From an uncultured Blautia sp. (GTDB taxonomy: Bacteria > Bacillota > Clostridia > Lachnospirales > Lachnospiraceae), in contig CALWGI010000001.1 in assembly GCA_944380045.1 (NCBI GenBank), positions 1 through 43,262 on the forward strand: a stretch of 43,262 bases of DNA, given 5' to 3'. The first letter of the stretch is position 1. Every line of letters starts with the position of its first letter. This document shows, one piece after another, positions 26,619 through 35,712 of this stretch. The notes beneath the pieces are model-generated. The model searched no databases and had not been told where the DNA came from. It was given only the letters and a program-made list of their open reading frames with translations. Position numbers and translations under genes: made by a program.

Positions 26619-28028
26619 ATGACAGAACCGAACATACTCTCCTGCCTTCCGAAAGCCTTTCTGTCCCGGATGAAGGAGATGCTTGGAAATGAATACGATG
26701 CTTTCCTGGAAAGCTATACAAAGCCCCGCACCTTCGGGCTGCGGCTCAATACGGCCAAGATATCGGCAGCGGAATTTGAAAAAATCGTTCCTTTCCCTGT
26801 AGCTCCCATACCCTGGGTGAAAAACGCTTACTTCTATCCCGCCGACGTCCGTCCGTCCAGATGCCCGCTGTACCAGGCGGGATTGTATTATCTGCAGGAA
26901 CCCAGCGCCATGACGCCGGCCTCCTGTCTGCCCGCAGAGCCCGGAGACGTCGTTCTGGATCTCTGCGCGGCGCCCGGAGGCAAAGCCACTGCCCTGGGCG
27001 CTGCCCTTCAGGGCGAGGGACTTCTTGTGGCCAACGATATCAGCGCCTCCAGAACCCGGGCCCTTCTGAGGAATCTGGAGCTCTTCGGCGTCACCAATTC
27101 CCTCATTGTAAACGAGACGCCGGCAAGGCTTCTGGAACGCTTCCCGGCGTATTTTAACAAAATCCTCCTGGACGCCCCCTGCTCCGGGGAGGGGATGTTC
27201 CGTAAAGAAGAGGCCCTGGCAAAAGACTGGACGCCGGAGAAATCCCGGGAATTAAGCCAGATCCAGAGAGAACTCATCCTTCAGGCGGCGGACATGCTCC
27301 GTCCGGGAGGACTGCTTCTCTATTCCACCTGCACCTTCGCGCCCGCAGAGGATGAAGGCGCTGTCTCCTGGCTTCTGGAAAACCGCCCGGATATGAAACT
27401 TCTGGAAATCCCGCAGCACAGCGGATTCTCACCCGGAGTCCCCGGATGGGGGAACGATATGGAAAGTCTGAAACGGTGCGTGCGGCTGTTTCCCCACAAG
27501 ATCGACGGCGAAGGCCATTTTATGGCGCTCCTGAAAAAAGACGGAACCGGAGACAATATCCGTGAGTCTGTTAAAATCCGCACGGATCCGGCCACAGAAA
27601 AATGGCTCCGACTCTTTTTTGACGAGATCGGTCTCCGGACTCTGGGCGGTAAACCATTTGATTTCAGCCGTGTGGAGACAAAAGGAGACAAGGTTTACTA
27701 TCTTCCGCCTGCCAGCGCAGACTTCCGCGGTCTTGTCTTCCTCCGAAACGGCCTGTACCTTGGCGACCTGAAAAAGAACCGGTTCGAGCCCTCCCAGCCC
27801 TTTGCCCTGGCGCTTCACAAAGGAGATGTGGCGGGAACCATCTCCCTTCCCGTATCCGATCCCCGGCTGGAGCGGTACCTGAAAGGCGAAACACTTAACA
27901 TCGCCCCCGGCGAAGCTGCGCACGGCAAAGGCTGGCATCTTCTCTGTGTGGAGGGATGGCCTCTGGGATTCGGAAAACTGGTAAACCAGACCCTGAAAAA
28001 CAAATATCCTGCAGGATGGAGACTCTGA
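26619..28028 (+). CDS. rsmF: RsmF/NOL1/NOP2-family rRNA m5C methyltransferase
   Basis: GLYYLQEPSAM, LDLCAAPGGK, ILLDAPCSGEGMFRK, YSTCTF, GEGHF, C-terminal PUA-like LKNKYP. Confidence 0.92.
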   Translation: MTEPNILSCLPKAFLSRMKEMLGNEYDAFLESYTKPRTFGLRLNTAKISAAEFEKIVPFPVAPIPWVKNAYFYPADVRPSRCPLYQAGLYYLQEPSAMTPASCLPAEPGDVVLDLCAAPGGKATALGAALQGEGLLVANDISASRTRALLRNLELFGVTNSLIVNETPARLLERFPAYFNKILLDAPCSGEGMFRKEEALAKDWTPEKSRELSQIQRELILQAADMLRPGGLLLYSTCTFAPAEDEGAVSWLLENRPDMKLLEIPQHSGFSPGVPGWGNDMESLKRCVRLFPHKIDGEGHFMALLKKDGTGDNIRESVKIRTDPATEKWLRLFFDEIGLRTLGGKPFDFSRVETKGDKVYYLPPASADFRGLVFLRNGLYLGDLKKNRFEPSQPFALALHKGDVAGTISLPVSDPRLERYLKGETLNIAPGEAAHGKGWHLLCVEGWPLGFGKLVNQTLKNKYPAGWRL

Positions 28029-28050
28029 CGTCTCCTCCCTGCAGGATATT
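28003..28050. terminator. Hairpin between the convergent rsmF and addA
   Basis: aatatcctgcagg..ggagac / gtctcc..cctgcaggatatt. Confidence 0.55.
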
Positions 28051-28082
28051 CTGCATTCTGTATCCGTTTCTCTCTGACAGGA

Positions 28083-31000
28083 TCAGGTTTTCTCTCCGTC
28101 TCTTTCCAGAGAGACGGCCTTCCCCAGAGCGAAGGAATAGATAAAACATTCTTTTACTTTTCTTTTCACCATGCGTTCCAGGGCCCGGGCGTAATCTTCA
28201 AGCTGTGTGTGGTACAGCCGGATCAGTTTCTCTTCCTCTCCCGGGCGGACATGATCCGTCTTATAATCCACCAGGACCAGATCTTCGTCCTCCTGAAAAT
28301 AGGCGTCGATGATCCCCTGCACCAGGACTGTTTCCCCGCCCTTCCAGTTTTTTTCGATCTCTTTCATTGCCACCGCTGTCACGAAAGGCTGTTCCCGGTA
28401 AAGTTTCCCGCCAAGGGCGGCTTTTCCCATCCTGATTCCTATATCTGACCGAAGAAATCTCATGATATCCTCTGTGGATATACAGGCGGCTTCCTCCTGA
28501 GACATTTTTTTCTGTTCCGTCAGTCCGTCCACCTGTGCGCGGATCTCTTCTTCGGAGCCTGCGCGGCTGTAATCCAGACATTCCATCACACGGTGGTACG
28601 CCGTTCCTCTGGCCGCGCCTTTGACCTCCTGTTCCTCTCCCGCAATAAAACGGGGAATCAGCGGAATGATATCCGGTTCGTAAAACAGAGCTTCCTCTCT
28701 GTCCTGCTCACTGTGATAACTTCTCTTTTTCAGTTCCGACACGCTTAGTTTTACCGGCATTTCCCGGAGATATTCATAGGGATACCGGAACTCAAACCGT
28801 TCGCGGATCATCCTGCGGATCTTTTCATCGTAAACTTTTTCCTGGTCCCAGTTTTTCAGGATTTCCTCCCGGATCCTGTTTCCGGACATCTGTACGATCT
28901 CTTCGTTAACCAGATCCGCCGGCGTGATCTTTCTGATCCGGAATCCGGCTTCCTCAGAATCCTTAAGCATGGAAACCGGAATCCCGTATTCCCGGTACAG
29001 CTCACTCATGGCCGGATGATCCGCCAGCGCCGGCAGGATATAGGACCAGAAACTTCTTGCTTCCAGTCTCTTGCCCAGAGGCAGAAGTTTTTCTTTCCGG
29101 ATCATCATTCCCGCGGCTGAACGGATCAGCTTTTCCGTATTTCCCATCGTTCCTGTGATATACAGTTTTTCCCTTGCCCTGGTCAGGGCGACGTAGAGGA
29201 CTCTCAGCTCTTCTCCCAGGCTTTCTTTTTTCAGCGCACGCCGGATCATCTGTTTCTGAAGCGTGGAAATGATCAGGCGCCTGTCCGGAAAAATGGCGTC
29301 CGCCCCGAATCCCAGATCAGGGTGAAGGAGAAGACGGGCGTTCAGATCCTGAAAATTAAACTGTCTTCCCATTCCCGCGGCAAAAACCACAGGGAATTCC
29401 AGTCCTTTGCTTTTATGGACCGTCATGATCTGCACAACGCCGGTTCCTGTCCCTGACAGATTTACCTCCCCGAAATCCACCTCATATTTCTGCAGGCTTT
29501 CGATATAACGGATAAAATTAAACAATCCTCTGTAGCTTGTCTTTTCGTAGTCCATGGCCCGCTGCACCAGCATATGCAGATTCGCCCCTCTCTGGCTTCC
29601 GCCGGGAAGAGCGCGCACATACTGTTCATATCCTGTGATCTTCAGGATATGGAGGATGAGCTGATGTACAGGCGTATACGCCGCCATATCCCGGATCTCT
29701 TCCAGCTGTTCCAGAAAACTGCGGATTTTCTCTTTCAGACGTTCCTTTTCATCCTCTTCGGGAAACAGCACCATCTGCCCGTCTCCGACAAAGGCGCAGA
29801 GACTTTCATAGAGAAGCCCTCCCGGACATTCGCTGCGGATCAGCGCCATCTCCTGGGCGGAACAGCCGCCGAGCGGCGAATGGAGCACTCCCGCAAGAGG
29901 AATATCCTGAAGAGGATTGTCGCATATCCTGAGATAATTGAGCAGAGTCACAACCTCGGAGGCGGAGAAATATCCTGTCCGGGAAACCGTATAGGAAGGA
30001 ATCCCTTTGGATCCCAGGATCCGGCTGAAGGTCTCCGCCCAGCCGGCGGCGCTCCTTAGAAGGATCACAATATCCCCGTATTCCACTTTCCTGAGGCCTC
30101 CGGTTTCCCTGTCCTGGATCTCCTCTGTTCCCACAATCCTGCGGATCTCGGAAGCTATGGCAAGAGCCTCCGTCTCCTGGGCGTTCTGCGCCGCCTTCTC
30201 CTCGCTCAGCCCGTCGGAATCCTTCTCCACCAGAAGGAGCTCCGTCTCATAGAACCCGGGTCTTTCGCCTTCCGGGAATTCAGACCCGTGATAGAGGGCG
30301 CTGCTGTCGTCATAGGTGATCCCCCCAAGATCTTCGCCCATGATCCTGCGGAAAATATAATTCACACTGTCCAGCACCTGAGGACGGCTGCGGAAGTTTC
30401 TGTGGAGATCGATCCTCTGTTCCTCGCTGTCCTCAAGGGTAAACCTGTGGTATTTCTCCATAAACAGTTCCGGTCTTGCCAGACGGAAACGGTAGATACT
30501 CTGCTTCACATCTCCCACCATAAAAATATTTTTCCGGTTCTTCACCCATCCGGAAACCATGACGGCGATCATTTCCTGAACGTAATTGCTGTCCTGATAC
30601 TCGTCTATGAGAACTTCTTCATATTTCTCCGAAAGCTCCCGGGCAGCCTGTGTGGGAGTAAGGGTTTCTCCCTCTTTTTTCACAAGGATCTCCAGGGCGA
30701 AATGTTCCATGTCTGTAAAATCCAGCAGATTTTTTTCCCTCTTTTTACGATCCAGAGTCTCCCGGAATTTCCGCGTCAGATCCACAAGGCCTGTAAGCGG
30801 ACTGCGGCACTGTATCTGAAGACGGAGAAGTTCCTCCTCCGAACAGCGGAAATATTTTCCCGCCAGTTCTTTCAGGATGTTTTTTTCGCCTTCCCTGAGT
30901 TCCTTTACCAGTTCTTTCTTCGCCTCTTCCGCCCCGGGCTGTTTTTTCCCCGAGAGTCGGGCAAAAGAAAGCTCTCCCAGGATTTCCGACGTCCGGGCGT

Positions 31001-31808
31001 AATCCCGGCTGTCCACCGCTTTTTTTACCCGGTCGATAAACTGAAGATCACTTTCCAGAGCTTCCTCATAAAGATACGGTCCGTCGGGCAGCAGACAGAT
31101 CCTTACGGTTCTCCGGGCAAGGCGTTCCGCCTGCGCCAGTTCTTCGTCGGCAGTCTGCCACAGAAGATCCATCCACGGTTCTTTTCTCAGCGTCTCCACA
31201 TCCTCCGCCTGGAACGTCTTCAGACATTCCTCCAGCCACTCTTCCGGAAACGGATGGCTCATAGCCGCGTCGTAAAGCCGGAAAACAAGGTCTTTCAGTC
31301 CGTCGTCTGTTTTTCCCGGAGCGTAACATTCTGTCAGAGCCATGAAATCTTCCGTTTTCTCACGGTAAGCCTCCTCCAGGACTTCCTTCGCCACATCCTC
31401 CCGGAGAAGTTTCATCTCCCCTTCCTCCGCTGTGCGGAACCCGGGATCCAGACCGATCATGTGAAAATAATTGCGTATCACATAGGAACAGAAACCGTCT
31501 ATGGTGGTGATCTGCGCCGTGTGGATCAGGTTCATCTGTCTCTGAAGATGTTCGTTATCGGGATCTTCATACAGGGCGCTTTCCAGGGCGGATGTGATCC
31601 TCTCCCGCATTTCTCCCGCCGCGGCTCTGGTAAAAGTCATGATCAGAAGCCTGTCGATATCCACCGGATGGTTCTTATCCGTGAGCATGGCGAGGATCCT
31701 CTCCACCAGCACCGCCGTCTTTCCGGATCCTGCGGCGGCAGACACAAGGATACTGCGGTTTCTGAGAGAAATTACCTTCTGCTGTTCTTCTGTCCATTTC
31801 ACGCTCAT
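28083..31808 (-). CDS. addA: ATP-dependent helicase/nuclease AddA
   Basis: SAAAGSGKT, TFTRAAA.EM, IDEYQD, VGDVKQSIYRFR, NFRS, MTVHKSKGLEF, YVALTRA, nuclease QGIID..DYKT. Confidence 0.97.
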   Translation of the reverse strand: MSVKWTEEQQKVISLRNRSILVSAAAGSGKTAVLVERILAMLTDKNHPVDIDRLLIMTFTRAAAGEMRERITSALESALYEDPDNEHLQRQMNLIHTAQITTIDGFCSYVIRNYFHMIGLDPGFRTAEEGEMKLLREDVAKEVLEEAYREKTEDFMALTECYAPGKTDDGLKDLVFRLYDAAMSHPFPEEWLEECLKTFQAEDVETLRKEPWMDLLWQTADEELAQAERLARRTVRICLLPDGPYLYEEALESDLQFIDRVKKAVDSRDYARTSEILGELSFARLSGKKQPGAEEAKKELVKELREGEKNILKELAGKYFRCSEEELLRLQIQCRSPLTGLVDLTRKFRETLDRKKREKNLLDFTDMEHFALEILVKKEGETLTPTQAARELSEKYEEVLIDEYQDSNYVQEMIAVMVSGWVKNRKNIFMVGDVKQSIYRFRLARPELFMEKYHRFTLEDSEEQRIDLHRNFRSRPQVLDSVNYIFRRIMGEDLGGITYDDSSALYHGSEFPEGERPGFYETELLLVEKDSDGLSEEKAAQNAQETEALAIASEIRRIVGTEEIQDRETGGLRKVEYGDIVILLRSAAGWAETFSRILGSKGIPSYTVSRTGYFSASEVVTLLNYLRICDNPLQDIPLAGVLHSPLGGCSAQEMALIRSECPGGLLYESLCAFVGDGQMVLFPEEDEKERLKEKIRSFLEQLEEIRDMAAYTPVHQLILHILKITGYEQYVRALPGGSQRGANLHMLVQRAMDYEKTSYRGLFNFIRYIESLQKYEVDFGEVNLSGTGTGVVQIMTVHKSKGLEFPVVFAAGMGRQFNFQDLNARLLLHPDLGFGADAIFPDRRLIISTLQKQMIRRALKKESLGEELRVLYVALTRAREKLYITGTMGNTEKLIRSAAGMMIRKEKLLPLGKRLEARSFWSYILPALADHPAMSELYREYGIPVSMLKDSEEAGFRIRKITPADLVNEEIVQMSGNRIREEILKNWDQEKVYDEKIRRMIRERFEFRYPYEYLREMPVKLSVSELKKRSYHSEQDREEALFYEPDIIPLIPRFIAGEEQEVKGAARGTAYHRVMECLDYSRAGSEEEIRAQVDGLTEQKKMSQEEAACISTEDIMRFLRSDIGIRMGKAALGGKLYREQPFVTAVAMKEIEKNWKGGETVLVQGIIDAYFQEDEDLVLVDYKTDHVRPGEEEKLIRLYHTQLEDYARALERMVKRKVKECFIYSFALGKAVSLERDGEKT

Positions 31809-31809
31809 T

Positions 31810-34800
31810 TCACCGCACCTCCTTCGTCATCTCTTTCCATATCTCACCGTCGGGAAACTCCTTCAGACGCCGGTATTCATATCCGGGAATTTTTTTGTCA
31901 AAACCGCAGGCTCCCTGATAGGGGCAGTAGGTGCAGGCGTTGTTTTTTCCCAGTTCATAGGGAGAAACTTCCGCGTCTCCTCCCAGTATCTCTTCCCGGA
32001 GCCCGGATATCTTCTTTTTCACATAGTCGCTGAGGATCCTGAACTGCTCCGTGTCTGCCACAGAAGAACCCCTGCGGAAAGAGCCGTCTTTGTTATACGC
32101 CACCGGCAAAGAAACCAGAGTCCTGTCCATCCTGTCGATAATGTCCCGGTCCCCGGCCAGAAGGCCGTTCATCTTCAGTTCTTTGAGAAGTCCGGGGCGG
32201 ATTTTATCCATATCCTCTTCCACATCCTCCCGGAGCATGGGATCTTTCACATTGTAATAAAACATTCCCGCCGGCTCCACCTGACAGCCGGGATGTATCT
32301 TCTTCTCCGCCTCAAGGGCGGCGTCCATATAGATCACCAGCTGAAGCTGAAGCCCGTGGTACAGGCTGACCAGATCAAAGGAGGTGTTTCCGGTTTTGTA
32401 GTCTATGATCTTCACATAGACCCGGTTGTCCTCTTTCAGGACGTCCATACGGTCGATCCTTCCCCCTCCGATGGATACCTCGAATCCCTCCGGCTGGAAA
32501 TCCCCCTGTTTCAGCTGCTCCTGAAGCGCCCACAGCGTCCGTTTCAGAATACGTTCCGTGCGCCGGATCATATACTGGTTCCTGGCGCTGCTCTTCAGAA
32601 TGGTATTTCCGTAATCCGCCGCCACCCGGTCGAGGCAGTCTTCCGCAAGCCTGTCGCGCTCCCGGTCACTGACCGTTTTCCACTCCATGCCTCTGCTCCT
32701 GAGCTCTCCGGCGAATTTCTCCAGCGCCTGATGGATCACGTTACCCATATCCATAGCGCGGAATTCATACTCCGCCCGCTCGGTCAGCATCATACCGTAT
32801 CGGAGAAAATGGGCGTAGGCACAGGCGGCGTAACGTTCCAGACGGGTGGCGCCGTGAAGGGAAACCTCCCCGTAGAGAGCTTTCGCCACACTTTTGCTGA
32901 TCCTGTCCCGGGGATTTTTTATAAACGCCGCTTCCGTCAGTTTCTTTACTCTGGCGCTGTACTCCGGCTGACGGAGATACCAGCTGTAAAGTTCCTCAAA
33001 AAGGGGATCCGCAAGGCTTTCTTCCTGATCGCCCAGCTTCTCCAGCAGATATTCAAATCCTGTGTCCGGGGTTTCCAGAAGCTCCTCCCCCTGCTCTTCC
33101 GCCTGCAGGACGGTCAGGCCGGGATACAGGCGCTCCAGAGTATGGATGAGATAGGCGGGAGACGCCTTTTCGCCTGCCGCGTCCGACCTGCTGAAGGAAA
33201 GACACAGGTACTCGTCCGGTTTTGTCAGATTCAGATACAGATAAAATCTCTGCATATTCATCAGTTCCTTGGGGCCGGGCGCAAGCTCCACGCCCTGATC
33301 CGCAAAGAAATCCCGGTCCCTTTCCGTAAGGATTCCCCCGGACTCTGTATTCTTGGGGATATTTCCCTCGTTGACGCCCACGAAAAACAGAGCGCGGATA
33401 TCTTTCAGACGGGTCCTCTCCATATCTCCCACAAGGACCTGATCCATGCTGGGCGGGATCAGCGCGACCTGGGCCTGGGTCATACCTGTTTCCAGGATCT
33501 GGCGGAACTCTTCCGGCGAAGCGGTCTCATCTCCCAGTATCTCCGCCATTTTATCCAGAAGTTCCATGACGATCCCGTAGATCTGGGCGTATTCCTTTTC
33601 CATCGCCTTCTCGCCCTGTCTTTTGAAGATCTCCTCCTGCTTTTTCAGTTTCTCCTGGATCCTGCTTCTCACAATAAATCCATACAGACAGCGGCAGTAT
33701 TCCCCTATGGTCTTTTTCTTTCCGGAGAATCCCTCCGCAAGTTCCCCCGTCTCGGCCACGAAACGTTCCCTTGCCTGATTCAGCTCCATAACGGACTCTT
33801 CCGCCATGCCCCTGTAAATACGGACCCAGCGCTCCTTCCAGTTCCGGAATCCGCGGATGCCCAGGGCGATCACGTAGTTTTCCAGACGGTCCGTCTCTTC
33901 TCTTGTGATATCCGACATCCCGCAGCGGAGATAGCGGAACACGCTTTCATAGGTAAATCCTGACGTAACCATCTCCAGGGCGGCCCGCAGATACTCCACA
34001 AAAGGATTCATAAGGATAGAATGTTTTTCATCTATGAAACAGGGAATCCCTGAATTTTCGAAGACCTGCCGGGCGATGCTCCCATACTCCTTCAGGTTGC
34101 CTGTGATCACCGCGATCTCGCCGTAGCGCATTCCTCTTTCCCTGACAAGACGCGATATCCTTCTGGCCGCCTCCTCCATCTCCCTGTGCGGGCCGGCGGC
34201 GGAGAAAAGAAAGATCTCCTCCTGTTCTCTGTCGTAGACCTCTTTCCTGTAGCGGAAAAGATTCTGCTCCAGGAACCTGAGGGCCGGCGCGTCCGAAAAT
34301 CTGGACTTTTCCCCCGGCCGCACCCATACGGGATCCTCTGTGCCGCCGGCGAGCTCCGAGAGCGTACGGATCATCCGGTGGCTCATATAAAAGAGCTGAT
34401 GGGGCTTCTCTCTGGTAAAAAGAGGCTCCCGCACATCCATTGTCACCGTGACAGCCACTTCCCTGCACACGGCAAGAAGTTCCCGGATAACCTCATTCTG
34501 GACAGGCGTAAATCCGGTAAATCCGTCCAGCAGGAAAACACTTCCCCGGATCTTCTCAGAAAACGGGATCTGTTTCGCCAGGACATCCAGCACTTCCTCC
34601 CCTGTCATATAATGGCCGGAAAGATATTCGCGAAAAGCATTATAAAGAACAGTAACGTCTTTCAGTTTCATGGACAGCAGGACCTGATCCTCGCAGCGCT
34701 CCTGCATCCTGTCCAGCTCCTCCCTGTCCACTTCATACTGCATGAACTCCGAGATCAGGGATTTCACCTCATCCAGGTATCCCGGTTTTTTCATCTGATT

Positions 34801-35130
34801 TTTCAGATATACCAGATCTTTCTGATGGATCTGCACAAGCTTCTGAAGGACCATGTTCTTTCCCGTTTCCTCCAGAATGCGGCGCATATCTCCGCCCACT
34901 TCCTCCAGAACGCGGAAAGCAAGGCGTTCGAAACTGAGCACGTCAATATTCAGGATGCCTTTATCCGGATGCATCTCCACCAGGGTTTTCTGTGTCTGCA
35001 TGGTAAACTGCTCCGGCACGATCACATAATAAAGTATGTCCGGATGTTTCCCGGCTTCCCGGATCACATGCTGAAAAGCCGTATACGATTTCCCCGCGCC
35101 GGAATTTCCGATTATAAAACGAAGCGCCAT
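31810..35130 (-). CDS. addB: ATP-dependent helicase/nuclease AddB
   Basis: GNSGAGKS, IVPEQFT, LDGFTGFTP, Fe-S Cys (YAAC; CTYCPY...C), GRIDRMD, IDYKTG, LQL..Y; ATG 35130 after GGAGGG. Confidence 0.95.
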   Translation of the reverse strand: MALRFIIGNSGAGKSYTAFQHVIREAGKHPDILYYVIVPEQFTMQTQKTLVEMHPDKGILNIDVLSFERLAFRVLEEVGGDMRRILEETGKNMVLQKLVQIHQKDLVYLKNQMKKPGYLDEVKSLISEFMQYEVDREELDRMQERCEDQVLLSMKLKDVTVLYNAFREYLSGHYMTGEEVLDVLAKQIPFSEKIRGSVFLLDGFTGFTPVQNEVIRELLAVCREVAVTVTMDVREPLFTREKPHQLFYMSHRMIRTLSELAGGTEDPVWVRPGEKSRFSDAPALRFLEQNLFRYRKEVYDREQEEIFLFSAAGPHREMEEAARRISRLVRERGMRYGEIAVITGNLKEYGSIARQVFENSGIPCFIDEKHSILMNPFVEYLRAALEMVTSGFTYESVFRYLRCGMSDITREETDRLENYVIALGIRGFRNWKERWVRIYRGMAEESVMELNQARERFVAETGELAEGFSGKKKTIGEYCRCLYGFIVRSRIQEKLKKQEEIFKRQGEKAMEKEYAQIYGIVMELLDKMAEILGDETASPEEFRQILETGMTQAQVALIPPSMDQVLVGDMERTRLKDIRALFFVGVNEGNIPKNTESGGILTERDRDFFADQGVELAPGPKELMNMQRFYLYLNLTKPDEYLCLSFSRSDAAGEKASPAYLIHTLERLYPGLTVLQAEEQGEELLETPDTGFEYLLEKLGDQEESLADPLFEELYSWYLRQPEYSARVKKLTEAAFIKNPRDRISKSVAKALYGEVSLHGATRLERYAACAYAHFLRYGMMLTERAEYEFRAMDMGNVIHQALEKFAGELRSRGMEWKTVSDRERDRLAEDCLDRVAADYGNTILKSSARNQYMIRRTERILKRTLWALQEQLKQGDFQPEGFEVSIGGGRIDRMDVLKEDNRVYVKIIDYKTGNTSFDLVSLYHGLQLQLVIYMDAALEAEKKIHPGCQVEPAGMFYYNVKDPMLREDVEEDMDKIRPGLLKELKMNGLLAGDRDIIDRMDRTLVSLPVAYNKDGSFRRGSSVADTEQFRILSDYVKKKISGLREEILGGDAEVSPYELGKNNACTYCPYQGACGFDKKIPGYEYRRLKEFPDGEIWKEMTKEVR

Positions 35131-35155
35131 ATTTCCCTCCATAATACTACTGGTG

Positions 35156-35183
35156 TCATAAACAGGAACCTTCTGCATAAGAT
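35156..35183 (+). promoter_or_regulatory. sigmaE-type (mother-cell) promoter
   Basis: TCATA-N15-CATAAGAT. Confidence 0.55.
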
Positions 35184-35247
35184 ATATAGAACAGGCCGTC
35201 AATCTGCCCGGGGCAGAATTTCAACAGCTGATCAGGAGGCGTATGCT

Positions 35248-35685
35248 ATGAGTTCCAAAACCAAAATTGTCGTGCTACATATGAAAGAGATCATCTATAC
35301 CGGTATTTTTCTGCTTTTTCTCGCGATCCTCGGCATACTGATATTCTTTATGTTCGGTCCCGGAAAAAACACTCCCGCCTCCACAGAGTCCGCCGGAATA
35401 TATACCCCCGGGATCTACCGGACTTCCGTGGAGCTGAACAACAATACCTTTGATGTGGAAGTAACCGTATCCTCTGACAGGATCGAATCCGTAGGACTTA
35501 CGAATCTGAGCGAAACCACCGCCGCCATGTTCCCGCTGGTGGAACCTGCGCTGGATTCTCTCGCGGAACAGATCTGTGAGTCACAGTCCCTGAAAAATCT
35601 CGAGTATTCCAGCGACCAGCAGTATACTTCCATGATGCTGATCAACGCCGTCGATTCTGCTCTTGAAAAAGCCCGGACAGAATAA
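35248..35685 (+). CDS. Single-TM protein with an FMN-binding-like domain (145 aa)
   Basis: Real start ATG 35248 after CAGGAGG within the 34186..35685 ORF; YTPGIY, VEVTVSSDRIESV, YTS..LINAV.SAL.KA. Confidence 0.8.
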   Translation: MSSKTKIVVLHMKEIIYTGIFLLFLAILGILIFFMFGPGKNTPASTESAGIYTPGIYRTSVELNNNTFDVEVTVSSDRIESVGLTNLSETTAAMFPLVEPALDSLAEQICESQSLKNLEYSSDQQYTSMMLINAVDSALEKARTE

Positions 35686-35700
35686 CTCCTGCCGGGCTTG
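35666..35700. terminator. Hairpin between the convergent 35248 gene and nadE
   Basis: aagcccgg.cag / ctgccgggctt; T tract on the minus strand. Confidence 0.6.
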
Positions 35701-35712
35701 TCATATATTTAC

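Noticed and set aside
30288-35247. Antisense ORFs of 581, 789 and 499 aa opposite addAB
   Set aside because: Same shadow effect; only the portion from ATG 35248 is a credible gene.
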